From Eledone cirrhosa (Eukaryota): a stretch of DNA of 64,000 nt. Under the pieces are notes generated by a model, which was not told the DNA's origin, made no database searches, and saw nothing but the letters and a program-made list of their open reading frames with translations. Every line of letters begins with the position of its first letter. The stretch's first letter is position 1. Both the position numbers and the translations under genes were made by a program. This document shows, one piece after another, positions 1-13,860 of the stretch. Where the stretch lies: assembly GCA_964016885.1 (NCBI GenBank), contig OZ024742.1:347820001-347884000 (forward strand), read 5' to 3'.

Positions 1-854
1 GTATCACTCTATTACCCTCTCTCGCTTCCTGTCTATCGTATCACTCTATCACCCTCTCTCTCTCACTTCCTCTTTATCACCCCCTCTCTCTCGCTTCCTC
101 TTTATCTCTCTCTCTATCTCTCTCTCTCTTCACTTCTGCTGTGTTCAGAACTGAAAAAAGGATGTGCTCTGCCAGATATTAAAATGCCTAAGTCATGCTG
201 TATATCACTATAGCACCCCTAAAGTCCACCAGGAGTTAATGGTGCATACATATATAGGGTAAAGACCTCCTGCAATCATGAATGACCATGGGATTTGCAC
301 CTAGAATGTTAACCTGCACAGCACAAGTCCAGACAAGGTTTGTTTGTGGAAGACCAGCAGTCTCCTCTCTATTCCATCGATGTTGAAGGGAAAAGCAATG
401 ACAGGTGCAGTTTGGCACCGGTGACATCACAATTCATTTCTACAGCTGGAAGTAAACTGAAACATGAAATAGTGTCTTGCTCAAGGATGCAACACATCAC
501 TCTAACCACTAAGCCATATGCTTTCACACACACACAATATATATAGTATGTAATATAAAGCAAATATATTTGTTAAATTATCGAAACTATTAAAATGGAA
601 TATTTTACTCATAATTTGAGGATAAACAATACTTTTTCTATAAAGGTAAATAAAAAATGTCGGCATTTGTTGCTGCCACTCTTTTTCATTCTCTATCGTA
701 CATATGCATTTTGTCATCTCTCTTCCACAGCGTGATCAAAGTTTTTAAAAGAAATTTGTCTCTCTCTCTCTCTATCTTCCACTGCGTGACAGACAATTTA
801 TGCCACAAGTAAAACCACTTTAATATAACAGATTATTGAATTGTTTTCTTTCAG

Positions 855-990
855 CATGCTCTGAGGCTTATTGCATTCCGACAAATCTACAAAGTATTAG
901 GCATGGATCAGTTACCTGCTCCACGTTTCACTAGACCTCGCTTTAACCCTCGTAAGCGCCGACGAACAAATAGTACTGGTGAGGGAGATG
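855..990 (+). CDS. ZFR: Zinc finger RNA-binding protein, penultimate coding exon (end of DZF domain plus basic NLS-like stretch)
   Basis: ttttctttcag acceptor and G|gtacgt donor. Translates HALRLIAFRQIYKVLGMDQLPAPRFTRPRFNPRKRRRTNSTGEGD, matching the ZFR C-terminal motif ALRL.AFRQI.KVLGMD.LP...RKRRR as I recall it. 136 nt, ends in phase 1. Confidence 0.9.
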
Positions 991-1237
991 GTACGTATGA
1001 ATTTTGTTCTGTTCTTAGCATATTTAGCCTCTCGTTACCATATTTCTAATGAGATAGACTGTATTTTAATTAATGAAGAATTTGGAAGTATTATTAAGGT
1101 TCATATATAAAATTATGCTGGAGGTTTTAATTTAAATAGAAACGTTTAAAATAAGCAGTTTGGTTTCATGGAGCCAGAGGTGGTTTTGTATGGGTTGAGT
1201 TTTGTTCCCATTAAGTTTATCAATCAAAGTTTGTGTG

Positions 1238-2125
1238 TCATCATCATCATCATCATCGTTTAACGTCCATATTCCACACTTGCATGGGTTTGGACGGGAG
1301 TTTTCCCACTTGAGGCAAGAGTGGTTGTCTTGCTCGCATAGGACTGTCTGGCGGGTTTTCTACGGCTGGATGCCCTTCCTAACACCAACCACATTTACAG
1401 TGTGGAACTGGGAGGTTTTTACCGTGTTACCTACACGGCCCCATTGCAGCGTGGACTGTGTGTTTTTTTGTCGTGACACCTACACAACCTCATTTGTTTC
1501 GGACTGGATGTTGTGGTGCCAACATAACTTTACATTGAAAGGGGTGGTGTGGATGGGGTGGGAGTAGTGGGACGGGGGTGTATTTTGTTAGAGGTGCCTA
1601 CTGACTAGTAAGTTTCACTTTCTACTTAGGTAAGGCGGGTCTTCTCTATTACTGTGTAGCGCCAAAGGTCTCGGTCCAGTGACATTGTCTTGGAGAGGTG
1701 TAAGGTCGGAATTTATCAAGTCGTCTCAGGTTTTTCTGGGTCTGCCTACTCCGTGGCTACCGTCTATTTTTATTGCCCTGCACTTTTTTATACAGCTGTC
1801 GTCTTTCATGCGCATCACGTGACCATACCAACGTAGTCTTCTCTCGAGTAAACAACATCTGATCCCTCTTATTTCTAATTTTTCCCTTAGTTCGTTTATG
1901 CTTTGCCGTTCACGTATATTACTATTACACATCCAGCAGAGCATGCAAGCTTCGTTCCTCTCTAGTCTGTGTATATCCTCTGCACACAATGCCCAGGTCT
2001 CACTGCCATGCAACATTGCTGTTTGTATGCAGGCATCATACAGCCTACCTTTCATTTTTAGGGAGAACCCTTTAGCGGCTAATAGCGGTATAAGCTCTCT
2101 GAACTTTTTCCATCCAGTTCTGACT
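1238..2125 (-). mobile_element. RTE-clade LINE, 5'-truncated 3' fragment, in the last ZFR intron
   Basis: ORF 1726-2055 has MLHGSETW...RRLRWYGHVMR...GRPRKT (RTE ORF C-terminus), then 3' UTR and (GAT)n tail. Near-identical to copies at 8.4 kb and 14.7 kb. Confidence 0.9.
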
Positions 2126-2377
2126 TGTTTTAAAGATCAAATCAAAATTGCAAAATTCTTCATATTTTTTATACCTGAAGCTGCCACTGGTTCTATAACA
2201 GAAAACTTTATTTTAAAGTGTTTATATTTATCTAAAAATCTTCCATCACAATTTTATGCAAGAACATTTATTTCCTAAACACCAACTTATTGAGGAATCT
2301 AGCTGGTCGTCATCATCACCACCATTGAATGTCCATTTTTCTGTTAGCAATGGTTAGACCTGTCAGAAACCAGTTGA

Positions 2378-2510
2378 TTCTCTGATGTTCATACAGCCCC
2401 ATGCTCTACCAGTCAGTAGTCAAGTTGAGCCTCTGATGTTCATACAACCCATTGCTCTACCAGTCTAGTCAAGTTGAGCCTCTGATGTTCATACAATCCC
2501 ATGCTCTACC
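2378..2510. repeat. ~50-bp tandem repeat, about 3 copies
   Basis: ctctgatgttcataca.ccc.atgctctacc..tagtcaagttgagc recurs three times. Confidence 0.75.
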
Positions 2511-4049
2511 TAGTGCATTTTATTGTGGTACCAACACTAAGGAAGTTATCTTTGACAAATTTTCACAGCAATTTCTCCAGTAGGATATAAACATTTGAAT
2601 AAAAAAAATCCTATTTTTAAATATTTTCTGCTAAATCATTTCAAGATGTTAAGAGTTAGAAGTTAACGCGGGCTATAGACTTAACTGATATACACTAGCA
2701 ATATAAAATCTTGCACCAAATTTATCTCTATTACGTGTTCCAGCCATCTGTAGTATTTGGAAAGAAAGGCCACTTCTCTCTTTCACCCTCTCCCTCAACA
2801 AGCAATATGTAGCTTCTTCTCATCTCTCCATGCCCATCATTGCTTTCCCAGCATTGCCTATATCACAAGTGTTTTAGAGTTGAATTGTGGTAGTGCTGCT
2901 ACCATAATAAAAAGTGTCGAGTCCACCCTGTCGCATTAGTGGTGGTGTCACAATAAACCACACCAAGTATATGCTGTGAAATGTTTGGCATTAGGAAGGG
3001 TATCCAGTTGTAGAAACCATGGAATTTATGAGCAACCTAGAAAATAAAAACAGTGATGAGGATCAATGCAAGTTGAGGTGCAGGGAGCGAGTAGAAAATA
3101 TGAAAAATATGGGATTATAATTTTAGCATCTTTTTTTACTTCCTCTTTCCATGCTGACGTGATTTGGACAGGTTGTCACATTCCAAGATTAAGACAAACC
3201 TCATCTTACTATATGTTACATATTTGACATGGTTTCTACAGCTGGAGGCCCTTTCTAATACTAAACCACCTTACAAGATGTACCAGGTGCATTTTATTGT
3301 GGCACTAACAGGGGTCATATGCTCAGTCAGACTGAAGAGTTCTCTCTACATTATGTCTCCCATTATTGTTTCTTGGGTCAATTTTATTGTAGTATCAATA
3401 CTAGAGAAGTTGCCAGTTATTTGACAGGATGAGAGGATATCCTCTGTTTAATATTGTCCTAGTCAGGTCATTAGTTAGTATAAATTTCTAGTTTCTTAGG
3501 AAATTGATATTAATATTATTTAAAATAACTGCTCAAATAAAGTACCTGTGATATTTCTTTAACTCTTTTGATAGCAAATCACAAGAAATCACCCCTGGTT
3601 CCATGATACTAAATTGCTTATTTCAAAGTGTTTTGTATTTATCTAAAAACCTTCCATCATAATTTTATGAAGTAACTTCCAATAGGATACAACCTCATAT
3701 GATGGCAGCTAAAACTGCATTAATTTGAGCTGTAAATTTTATTTCATTAACTTTTCACAACCACATTTCTAATTAAATGCACCCTATTTCAATAAACTAA
3801 TGAAAAATTTGGAGAGATTTGCTAAAATTATTTCATTGCTAATATAGTAACTTAACATGGTTCTTATGTAAAATTGTTGGCAGATTTTAATTTAAATAGA
3901 AACCCTTTGACTGGGTCTCTTGCCATCCAATGAATCAAAGATGTATAATAAATTTTATTGTCCTTCAGCAAGACACTTTATTTCATGTTGCTTCTGTCTA
4001 CACAGTTGGTAAAAAAGTGTAGCTGTAATTCAAAGGGCTGTTATGAGTA

Positions 4050-4291
4050 TACTCTCAGATCCCAAATAATGTGGGGGCGGGAAAATCAGTAATTTTTCTA
4101 GGTTGTCTTTGTTTTTAAAAATCGAATTAGTTTTTTAGTTTACACATTGAGACCTCAACCTATCCTATGTGTTTTATAACATATGGGACATTTTTAGTGA
4201 TGTCCTTTTTTTGTCATGTATAAATGTATAAAGATAGATTAACAAAAGCTAGTGGGGGGGGGGGGGGGTGCATTATTCAAGACCCAAGAGT
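4050..4291. mobile_element. Non-autonomous DNA transposon (MITE-like); related partial copy at ~44545-44833
   Basis: Ends actctcagatcccaaataa / ttattcaagacccaagagt are imperfect inverted repeats. Internal gaaaatcagtaatttttctag...agatagattaacaaaa is shared with 44567-44833. Confidence 0.55.
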
Positions 4292-4457
4292 TTGTCCTTG
4301 TGGAATACTCGTACAGTTGCATATTAGTTGAATGACTGGGGCACTCCCTAGAACTGATTAGCTGTAAATACGATGTTTGTTGTTATTTAATCATATAAGA
4401 CATTGTTTTAAAATATATACATATTATATTTATATATATATTTTTGTTCTATTTCAG

Positions 4458-4522
4458 CTGGCGGAGAGAAAAAAGATAAAAGGGAAGGTGACGGAGATTT
4501 AAATCAGGAAATAACTGATTAG
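4458..4522 (+). CDS. ZFR: ZFR terminal coding exon
   Basis: tttgttctatttcag acceptor, phase-compatible with the previous exon (G|CT). Translates AGGEKKDKREGDGDLNQEITD*, resembling the vertebrate ZFR tail EGKKDKK. Followed by U-rich UTR-like sequence with several AATAAA. Confidence 0.85.
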
Positions 4523-7433
4523 TTCCACATTAGATATTCTAATCCATTCCTGCTTTCCACATAACTCCTCCTCCTCTGCTTACTCTTCTTGTCTTCTATT
4601 AATTTTTTTTATCCCCCCCCCCTTTTTTTTTTCTTTTTCTTTTTATGAATTCTTAAACCTTTCATGCCAGTAGATTCTGCTTATAATACATTTTAATGAC
4701 TACCAGTCATTCTTTCTCACCACCCAATTAAAACAAAATCACTTTCTATGCAGTCAACACTTCCTGCTGCTGTTTTCTTTCTTTCATCATGGTCTTCATT
4801 CCATTTAGACTTTTTTCAATGCCAATAATAAAGTGGCCGGTGTTCCATTCTCAAATATACCTTTTTGTTATTGGTACCCAAAGCCCCTTTTCCTCTGTTG
4901 TGGCGTCCCTTCCTACTACTAACCCCCCCCCCCCCCCTCTCTTTCTCTCTCTCTCACTATTCCATATTTTGCTAGTATCGGCTGATACCTATGTCTGAGC
5001 TAACAACTAAACCACCCATCTCCTCTGTACATAACTTCCATGTCACATATCTGGAGTGGGGGTCATGGTAGGAAGCACAACAACCGATATGATCATATTT
5101 CACTGTTCACTTTTTCTTGATATTATTTCAGGTATTTCAAATATTTCATTACATTAGGGACTAAAAAAAAAAGAAACAAAGAAATTTTAAAATGTAGCTG
5201 CGACAATGCTTGATGACTGTAATAATAGTTGAAAATATCAGGTAAAGTACAGAAACATGGAGGCCCTTTGGTGTAATGGTTAAATACACTTGCCTGACAT
5301 ATGAGAGATGCATGGTTTGGTTCCCCACAGGGCTCTCTGTTCACTTAATTTCTCTCTCCAAGGATACTTTACCCAACCTATTCAACTATTATTATAGATT
5401 GTGGCATTGTGGCAACTACATTTTCAAGTTTCAATTTTTATCAATTCTTCGTAAGTTAACGAAATGTTATTTAAAGGAATATTTGTTTAATAATTTCAAC
5501 ATATCAGTTAGATGATAACTGAGGTATATTTTCTTTGTTTTGTTTGCTCTTTATTTTGTCTTTTGTTATTTTAGGAGTTGTAAACAACAGATTGTATTAG
5601 CAATGAAAGAAACCAAGGAAACCTTATTTCCTTGGTCCAATCTGATGAACAACTCTTTTTTTCCTTTGTTTTGTGGTTTAATCTATATTTTCAAACTTAT
5701 TGTTAGTATTTTAATAGAGAAATTTAAAAGTAGTTAAGTCTTCTTAATTTAAATTTAACTGTTATACTGCTAAAACCAGTTGAGCTATTGTTAAGTTTTA
5801 AGAAGTGTCCTTTTCAACAATATCTCTTCCCTTCCTTACTCTAAATAGGTTATATTTGAATATTTTGTCACTATCAGTCTTCAACACATTCTTGAAGTCA
5901 TTTTAAGGATTATTTTAATATAACGGAAGCACGTATTTAGTGGTTCAGGATGTTCAACTCATGATCGTAAGATTGTGAGTTCAATTCTTGGAACTGGCAG
6001 TGCATTGTATTCTTTAACAAGAAAAAGATACTTTATTTCACATTGCTCCCTCTTTCTGCCTGGAGTTGGGACTGACAGATAGTATAAACAACAGAAATAT
6101 TCTTTTCTTTTAACAGAAAGAAAATGAAATAAGTCTATAGTCTTCTGGTTAACTTTGGCTGGTTGCATTCTTTGATAGAGGCTGGTTGCTAGAACAGCAA
6201 CATAATTGTGAATAGTTTGCTTTAGACAGCCTTGCTTGTGAATACTGCAAGCTGCTCTGAAAGTGTCTGTAGAATTCTAGTAAAAGCTGATCTTCAGCTA
6301 TATTTTAAAATAGTATTAACTCCTTCATTGTCTGCACTGAAATATTTACACTAGAATTGAAAGCTAACATCTTTGACTTCACTGACACATTTAAGAAAAA
6401 AAGCTGCAAATATAATAAAACTATCAATCTTATTTATTTAGAAAAAAATAAAAACAATGTCACTCGGGATTTTATCAACATTTGTAATTGAATTATCTGA
6501 GTTTTTTAAATCTTCAAACTGCAACAAAAAACAAGATTCTGATATTCTACAAAAAGAAAGATTTGAAAAAATATATAAATATTTTTGTTTCCTTCTCAGT
6601 CCTAATTGGTGGTGAATTGGCAGTTATTAAGGCACCAGATTAAATGAATGCCTCACTGTACTCTGAATTCAAATCCCACCGAGGTTGACTTTGCCTTTCA
6701 TCCTTCCAAGGTTGAAAAATAAAGTACCAGTCAAGTACTGGGGTCGATTCTTCTTCCATCTTTCTCTATCACTTTCTCTCCATCTCTGGAAATAATCAGC
6801 TTTGTTCCAACCGGGAGAGGGATGGGCTCCACCATGTTTAAAATGTCCAAGACATACAATGTGTCAGGACAGTGAACCCTACAACTCCATTCGGAGTTAA
6901 AGTCCCCTTTTCTTTTCCTCAATCCTAAAGATTTTTTAATTGCCAGCTTTATATAGAAAGATGAATTATCAATGCAATGGACACCTACACACACTTGTTT
7001 TTCTAGTGCTCCAAGATGGAAAAAAAAATTTTTTTTTTTTTTCTGTTGGTAGTTAATAGTTTTGACAAAAATGCTGTTTCAACGAAATTTCTACAACTAA
7101 TCCTGGCTTTAAAGATTTTTTTATTTTGATTTTTTTTAGAAGCACCAGATATAGTCTACATGGTCATGTGATTGAGTTCCTTGGCCCTATTTTTCTATAA
7201 CTGATCACTATTTGGTCCTATTAAATAGTGAAAATACACTCAAACTTGCTAATTTTAGTTTTGTCTTACCTTCAAAGTCTAGCCTGAAGGTAAATAAATA
7301 AATGATAGTGCATTGTAAAGAAAAAAGAAAAAAAAAACTTTTAAAGATACTATGTACACTACTAGCTTGTGATCTGAACTAATATTTGATTGTATAAAAT
7401 ACATTTAAAAAAAGCAACAAAAAACATTTGATG

Positions 7434-7515
7434 TGAGTGTATAAAATGTATGTATGTATGTGTGTGTGTATATATATATATATATTTATGTGTGTATATA
7501 TATATGTATGTGTGC

Positions 7516-7548
<33 letters not shown>

Positions 7549-7684
7549 CGTATGTATGTGTATATATATTTATGTATATATATATATGTGTGTGTGTATA
7601 TCTATGTATGTGTGTGTATTTATATATATATATATCCAAACCCACGCAAGCGTGGAAGATGGACGTTAAACGATGATGATGATG

Positions 7685-7716
<32 letters not shown>

Positions 7717-7750
7717 ATGTATATATACATACACACTCACATATATAATT
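7434..7750. repeat. (TA)n/(TG)n microsatellite containing a short RTE 3' tail (7636-7685)
   Basis: Direct reading; ccaaacccacgcaagcgtggaagatggacgttaaacgatgatgat is the RTE 3' end. Confidence 0.9.
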
Positions 7751-8129
7751 ATACATCAGCTTATGCTAAAAAAGCTGATCTTTTCGCAGCTATATTTTCT
7801 TCCCTTTACTTTTGTTTTTGTTGAAAATATAAATTCTACATTGTGTGGTTCTGACTTTTCAGTAAATTGTTCTGTTTCGCCTTTTTCCCCCACCCTCAGT
7901 GTAGCTTTAGGGATTTCTTTTTAATTATAGATACTTTCACATTAGTTATTTTTTTTTTTTTTATTATCTCTTTCATTTATTGAATATTGAATGTATTTTA
8001 AGCAGAAATAAACTTAGTTTGTTGAACATACATATTTGATTTCATTCTTTATTCTGTTTTATGTACAATATTTTCTTGTGAGCAATATAGTTGTTGAATA
8101 AAAAAAAAACAACAAAAGAAAGAATAACA

Positions 8130-9328
8130 TTATCGCTTTTACATCTGTTTTTCCACGCTTACATGAGTTGGATTGGTCCTTCTCATCACAGCACCTCTCC
8201 ACTCTTCACATTTCTTTGTCATCTCATCAGTGATATGAGCTCAGCTCTCACCACATTCCCAGGTCGTTCTTGGTCTACCTTTACTGGGATTTCTTGGCAC
8301 ATCTTCACCCAATTATCATTGTCATTGCACATCACATGTCCATACCAATGCAGTCTTCTCTCCTGCACACCACTTTGGATTCCTCTTAAACTCAGTTTCT
8401 CTAAGCTCTGCCTTTCTCTGATATTTACATTGCACAGCAGTGGTGGAGGGTGCTCTGAAAGTACAGTAGCCAGAGTTAGAAAAGGGTTCAAAAAGTTCAG
8501 AGAGCTTATACCGCTGTTGGCCATAAAAGGTTTCTCTCTAAAAATGAAAGGCAGATTGTATGATGCCTGTATACAAACAGCAATGTTACATGGCAGTGAG
8601 ACATTGGCATTGTTTGCAGAGGACCTGCGCAGACTGGAAAGGAACAAAGCATGTGTGCTCCGTTGGATGTGTAATAGTAATATATGCAAGCAGCAAAATA
8701 TAAATGAACTAAGTGAGAAATTAGGAATAAGAGGGATCAGATGCTGTTTACTTGAGAGAAGACTACATTGGTATGGTCACGTGATGCGCATGAAAGACGA
8801 CAGCTGTATAAAAAAATGCAGAGCGATCAAAATTGATGGTAGTTACGGAGTAGGTAGACCCAGAAAAACCTGGGACGATTTGATAAATTCTGACCTTACA
8901 CACTTACACTTCTCTAAGACAATGTCATTGGACCGAGATCTTTGGCGCTACACAGTAATACAGAAGACCCGCTTTGCCTATGTACAAAGCGAAACCTACA
9001 GTCAGTAGGCACCTCTTAACCAAATATACACCCCCACCAACAGCACCCCTTTCTCTGTAAAGTTTTGTTGGTATCACAACATCCAGTCCAAACTGAGTTG
9101 TGTAGGTGTCACGACAAAAAAAACAGTCTATGCTGCAATGTCACCGTTTAGGTAACATGGTAAAAAGCTCCCAGTCCACACTGTGAATGTGGTTGGTGTT
9201 ACGAAGGGCATCCAACTGTAGAAAACCTGCCAGATAGTCCTATATGAGCAAGACAACCAATCTTGCTTCAAGTGGGACAATTCCCGTCTAACTCATGCTA
9301 GCGTGGAAGATAGATGTTAAATGATGAT
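8130..9328 (+). mobile_element. RTE LINE 3' fragment (+; ~8435-9328) preceded by an older inverted RTE fragment (~8130-8430)
   Basis: SSGGGCSES...MLHGSET...WYGHVMR...GRPRKTW on +, ending gatgttaaatgatgat. The minus-strand RRLHWYGHV at 8219-8400 is a separate inverted piece. Confidence 0.85.
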
Positions 9329-9334
9329 CCAACA

Positions 9335-10850
9335 AAGCATGGTTGCTTCATTTCTCTCCAGCACCACATGCTGCCCATATTTCACTACCATGCAGACAGC
9401 ACCACATGTCCTCTGCAGTCACTGCCCATGTTTCACTACCATGCAGGCAACACCGCATGTCCTCTGCAGTCACTGCCCATGTTTCACTACCATGCAGGCA
9501 GCACCACATGACCTCTGCAGTCACAGCCCATGTTTCACTACCATGTAGCATTGCACTTCACAGTCCTTTTGTATGTAGAGAGAAACCCTTTGTTGTCAAC
9601 AGTGGGAGTAGCTCTCTAAACTTCTTCCATCCTATCCTTATTCTAGCTATTATACTCTCCGAGCACCCTCCCCTATAGCTAATTACGTCACCTAGATAGC
9701 AGAAGCCATCAATTCTATGGACCCTTCCTGTGACTTGAAGAGATTTATATCACTGATGCTCTTACCCTCGATTACTCCTGCGCATCTACATACAAAGTCT
9801 TTCTTTCCTGTTTCTACACAATATCCCATTACATCTCTTGTGTACACTATGGAGTTTATGCCTACTCGTTTTCTACATATTGAGCAGGGTCGTTTCCCTG
9901 AAGGGATCAGGGTCTTGTTTTCTTTCCTATTCACTAGCACTTTAGTTTTGGCTAAATTTACCTTCAGACCCTTTGATTGCAAATTCCATTTCCATAGACA
10001 GAACTTATTTTCTAGTTCTAATATGGATTCAGCTATAAGGACCAAATTATCAGCATATAGAAGTTCCCATGGATAGCCAGTTTTAAACTCCTCTGTTATT
10101 GCCTGGAGAACTATGACGAACAACAGTGGGCTAAGACTTGAACCTTGAATTCCTCACTTTACTGACAGCTCCTCTGTACATAGCTTGCACTGCTCTCACA
10201 AGCCATTTTTCTACACTTAATTTATTTTAAGGACCACCAGATAATCAGGGTACTGTCAAAGGCCTTTTCTAGATCAACAAAAGCTAAATATAGTGGTTTA
10301 GTTTTGGCTAGGAACTTCTGTAGCTGCCTCACTAACAAAAGGGCATCAGTAGTACTTTTCCCAGACATGGAACTAAACTGCAGCTCATCTATTTTGACTC
10401 TTTCTCTAATTAGCTGTGCTATAACTTTTTTTTGGTCTTTCATTTAGTCCAATAGTTTTATTCCTTTCTAGAGTATCGCCTTTTCCCTTGTAGTAATTTA
10501 CAATTGTATTGCTGCACCAGTCATTGGGTGTGACACCATTCTGTATAACCTGATTTACTATGCAGGTTACTACTTCGACTCCTACTCCTGATGCTTTTAC
10601 CATTCTTCATCTTGATTGCTTCTTTAACCCTATACCTGTCAACTTCAATAGCTGGTCCTTCTGTTGGGTAAGTTGGGGGTAGTCTTTCTTCCTCCCATTC
10701 ATTCATCAGTCTCTCATAGTAATATTTCTTTCTGGAATCAGTGGTGCTAAGTGTACCAATGTCGTTTCTAACACATTTTCCCTCAACATCTCGATTTACA
10801 CTAAAACATTGCCTGCAATGTAGAATACTTCACGTCTCAAGACATTGGCA
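9335..10850 (-). mobile_element. Degraded RTE LINE (RT region) with an internal 48-bp tandem duplication at ~9370-9545
   Basis: Fragmented ORFs LYLAFVDLEKAFD, WELLYADNLVLIAES, GLKVNLAKTK; LHGSET/IW repeated four times. Confidence 0.85.
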
Positions 10851-11489
10851 AACTTTATTTTTTCAGCGTCTCTCTTTTAGAAATTCACATTTTGTATAAG
10901 CATCATGAAATTAGAAAGAAAAAAAAAAGTTAAAATACAATTACTGCTACAAACGTATATTTCCAAAATTACCTGTTATATGATGGCTGATATAGTTATT
11001 GCTTCTCACAAGGCTAACTTTTCTTGCCTAATATTGGTAATTTAGATGGTAAACAGAACCAGTACACGCTGTAAAGTGGTTGGTGTTGGGAAAACCCTCA
11101 GTTGTGTCAAAGGTGTGACAATCTCTCTTGAACAGTCGATGGAATGAGCCTGTACATAAGACACAGATCCCTGGGAGATCAACGGCTCTGCTTCAGTACG
11201 GACTTGGCCTATATAAGCCCGTCCAACCCTTGCTAGCAGGGAAAGTGGATGTTAAAACTACAATGATGATGATCACCTCTATCACAAGGCTAACTTTTCT
11301 TGCCATAGGTTCTTAGATGACTACTGAGCCCCAATTTTATATTCTTTTTAATGACAGACATGGAATTTGTAACAAGTAGGAGTTATAGTGAATGGAACAG
11401 CAGGCAGATGAGGAGGATTATTAAACTTGAAGGTAAAAAAAACAAAACATTGCAATATATGCAGACTCACACATATTTATGAGGGGTAT

Positions 11490-12538
11490 AAATAATAATG
11501 AAATTGTGTACAGTGCTCAGGTGCACTACAACTCATCAAAGATGCATGTATAGTACGTAGAATAATGTACAAATGTCAGGAAAATAAACAGTATACGAGT
11601 CATGAAATACATGTGTGTATGGAGGAGGGACATCAGGTGTAGTGTTGGCGAATCTCAGGAAGCATGGAGGTTTTAAAGGATGCAGTGTCTCGACAGCTAA
11701 CAACTGATGCAGGTAGTTTGTTCCATGGAGGTTCTAAAGGATGCAGTGTCTCGACAGCTAACAACTGATGCAGGTAGTTTGTCCCATGGAGGTTTTAAAG
11801 GATGCAGTGTCTCGACAGCTAAGAACTGATGTTTGTTCCATGCTTCAGCAACTCTGAGTGTGATAAAATGTTTCCAAAAGTCATGGGAGCTGTGCTGTTT
11901 TCTGACTTTGTAAGCATGCCCACGTGTGTTAGACACATGGAAATCAAAAAGGTGTTCAGGGTTGTTGTTGGCAAGATGGTTAATCATTTTGCGGGTGTTT
12001 ACCAAGTCAGTTGCCAGATGTTGGAGTTTCAATGTATCCATGTCCAGGGAAGCAAGGCGTTCAGAGTATGGTAGATGCCTGATGGAGGGTATTTGCTTGG
12101 TTGCACATCGCTGTCCAGGCGGTCAATGTTCTGTGCAAGATAGGGGTTCCAGACTGGTGATGCAAATTCTAAGTGTGGTCGCACCATAGCCATGTACAGC
12201 CTTAAATAGATATCTGGAGAGCGGCTGTCAAAGGTCTTGCTGAGTGATGCTAAGACACCCTCGGCCCTCTTGACAATTTTAGAGACGTGCCTCGTCCAAC
12301 GCAAATCGCTGCTGACCGTAATGCCCAAGTCACGTTCACAAGAAAACTTCTTGATATTAGTGCTGTGGAGGGAGTATGTGGACGCTGGGTTTTTACTCCC
12401 AAAATGCATGGTGGTGCACTTGTCAACAGCTAGCTTGAGTTGACAGTCTGAGATCCATTGTTGCATTGTGTCCAGGTCAGACTGCAAGCAAGATCTATAG
12501 TGTTCAGGATCTATCCTTTTTATCTCAAGGTACAGCTT
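11490..12538 (-). mobile_element. CR1-clade LINE 3' fragment with a ~60-bp internal triplication (11665-11830)
   Basis: ERDLGITVSSDLRW, LYMAMVRPHLEFASPVWNPY, TRGH.YKV: CR1-type RT C-terminus. 3' end gtgcacctgagcactgtacacaatttcattatt. Confidence 0.85.
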
Positions 12539-12819
12539 GTTGAATAAAACATTACAGAAGAACAAGTGAGAGAGTAACACCACCGGTAAATATTTTATTT
12601 CCATTTTAATTGACATTATTTTTTTTAAAAAAAAAAAGGTTAAATTGTAATTTTTATTACCTACAATGGCGAAAGTATACTGTTAATCACATAGTTATAT
12701 CTACACATGTTTACAAGTCACTTTTCTTGGATCATCTCTGATCCAACACTTCCTCTCCCACGCTGGTATCACTCTCCACACACATCAATACCACACCAGT
12801 TATAGTGCCACAATTTAAA

Positions 12820-13250
12820 AAAGCCCACACTACATCCTGTAAAGTGGTAGTACTGGTGCCAAGATAAAAAGCCCACACTACATCCTGTAAAGTGGTAGTA
12901 CTGGTGCCAAGATAAAAAGCCCACACTACATCCTGTAAAGTGGTAGTACTGGTGCCAAGATAAAAAAGCCCACACTACATCCTGTAAAGTGGTAGTACTG
13001 GTGCCAAGATAAAAAGGCCCACACTACATCCTGTAAAGTGGTAGTACTGGTGCCAAGATAAAAAGGCCCACACTACATCCTGTAAAGTGGTAGTACTGGT
13101 GCCAAGATAAAAAGGCCCACACTACATCCTGTAAAGTGGTAGTACTGGTGCCAAGATAAAAAAGCCCACACTACATCCTGTAAAGTGGTAGTACTGGTGC
13201 CAAGATAAAAAAGCCCACAATCCATCCTATAAGGTGGTAGTACTGGTTTC
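12820..13250. repeat. 48-49-bp minisatellite, about 9 copies
   Basis: Unit gcccacactacatcctgtaaagtggtagtactggtgccaagataaaaa repeated head-to-tail without spacers; resembles the RTE 3'-UTR repeat unit. Confidence 0.9.
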
Positions 13251-13860
13251 ATAAAAAAACAAAAAAAAAAACACCCAATTCACCCTGTAATGTGGTAGTG
13301 CTGGTGCTAGAATAAAAAGCACCCAGTCTAGTCTGCTTTATAAGGCAGTATTGCTGGTTCCACAGTAAAAAATATCCACTCCACCTTATCAAATGGCTGT
13401 CATTTAGAAGGGCATCCAGCCGTATAGAACAAGCTAATAAGTGACTAGACAAGCAAGATGTGGTCACCAGTACATGACAATCTGTTTTACCAATTCAAGT
13501 ATGGAAAATAAATGTGAAACTAATGATGTATTTAATAATAATGAAATCATTGTGTACAGTGCTCAGGTGCACGACAACTCATCAAAGGTACATAGAATAA
13601 TGTACAAAAATCAGGAAAGTGAACATTGTATGAGTCATGATATATATACACAGACACATGCATGTTTGGAGGGGGAATATCAGGTGTAGTGTTGGTGAAT
13701 TTCAGGAAGCATGGAGGTTTTGAAGGATGTAGAGTCCCGAGAGCTAACAACTGATGCATTTGCCAAAATATACCTCTTAAGTACAGACTTTATATGATGA
13801 TGGGATCTAGGTGCAATTAAATCCTGTAACATTTGTGTACATATGTGAATTAAATAAATA

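Noticed and set aside
7379-7924. ORFs rich in YI/CV/HT repeats (also near 25.9, 38.5, 46.3, 47.3 and 51.4 kb)
   Set aside because: Translations of (TA)n/(TG)n microsatellites.
8091-9008. 305-aa ORF as a host gene
   Set aside because: Chance fusion of an antisense RTE fragment with a sense RTE C-terminus.
12820-13250. Regular repeat array superficially like a CRISPR
   Set aside because: Units are contiguous with no unique spacers, no cas genes, eukaryotic context; it resembles the RTE 3' UTR unit.
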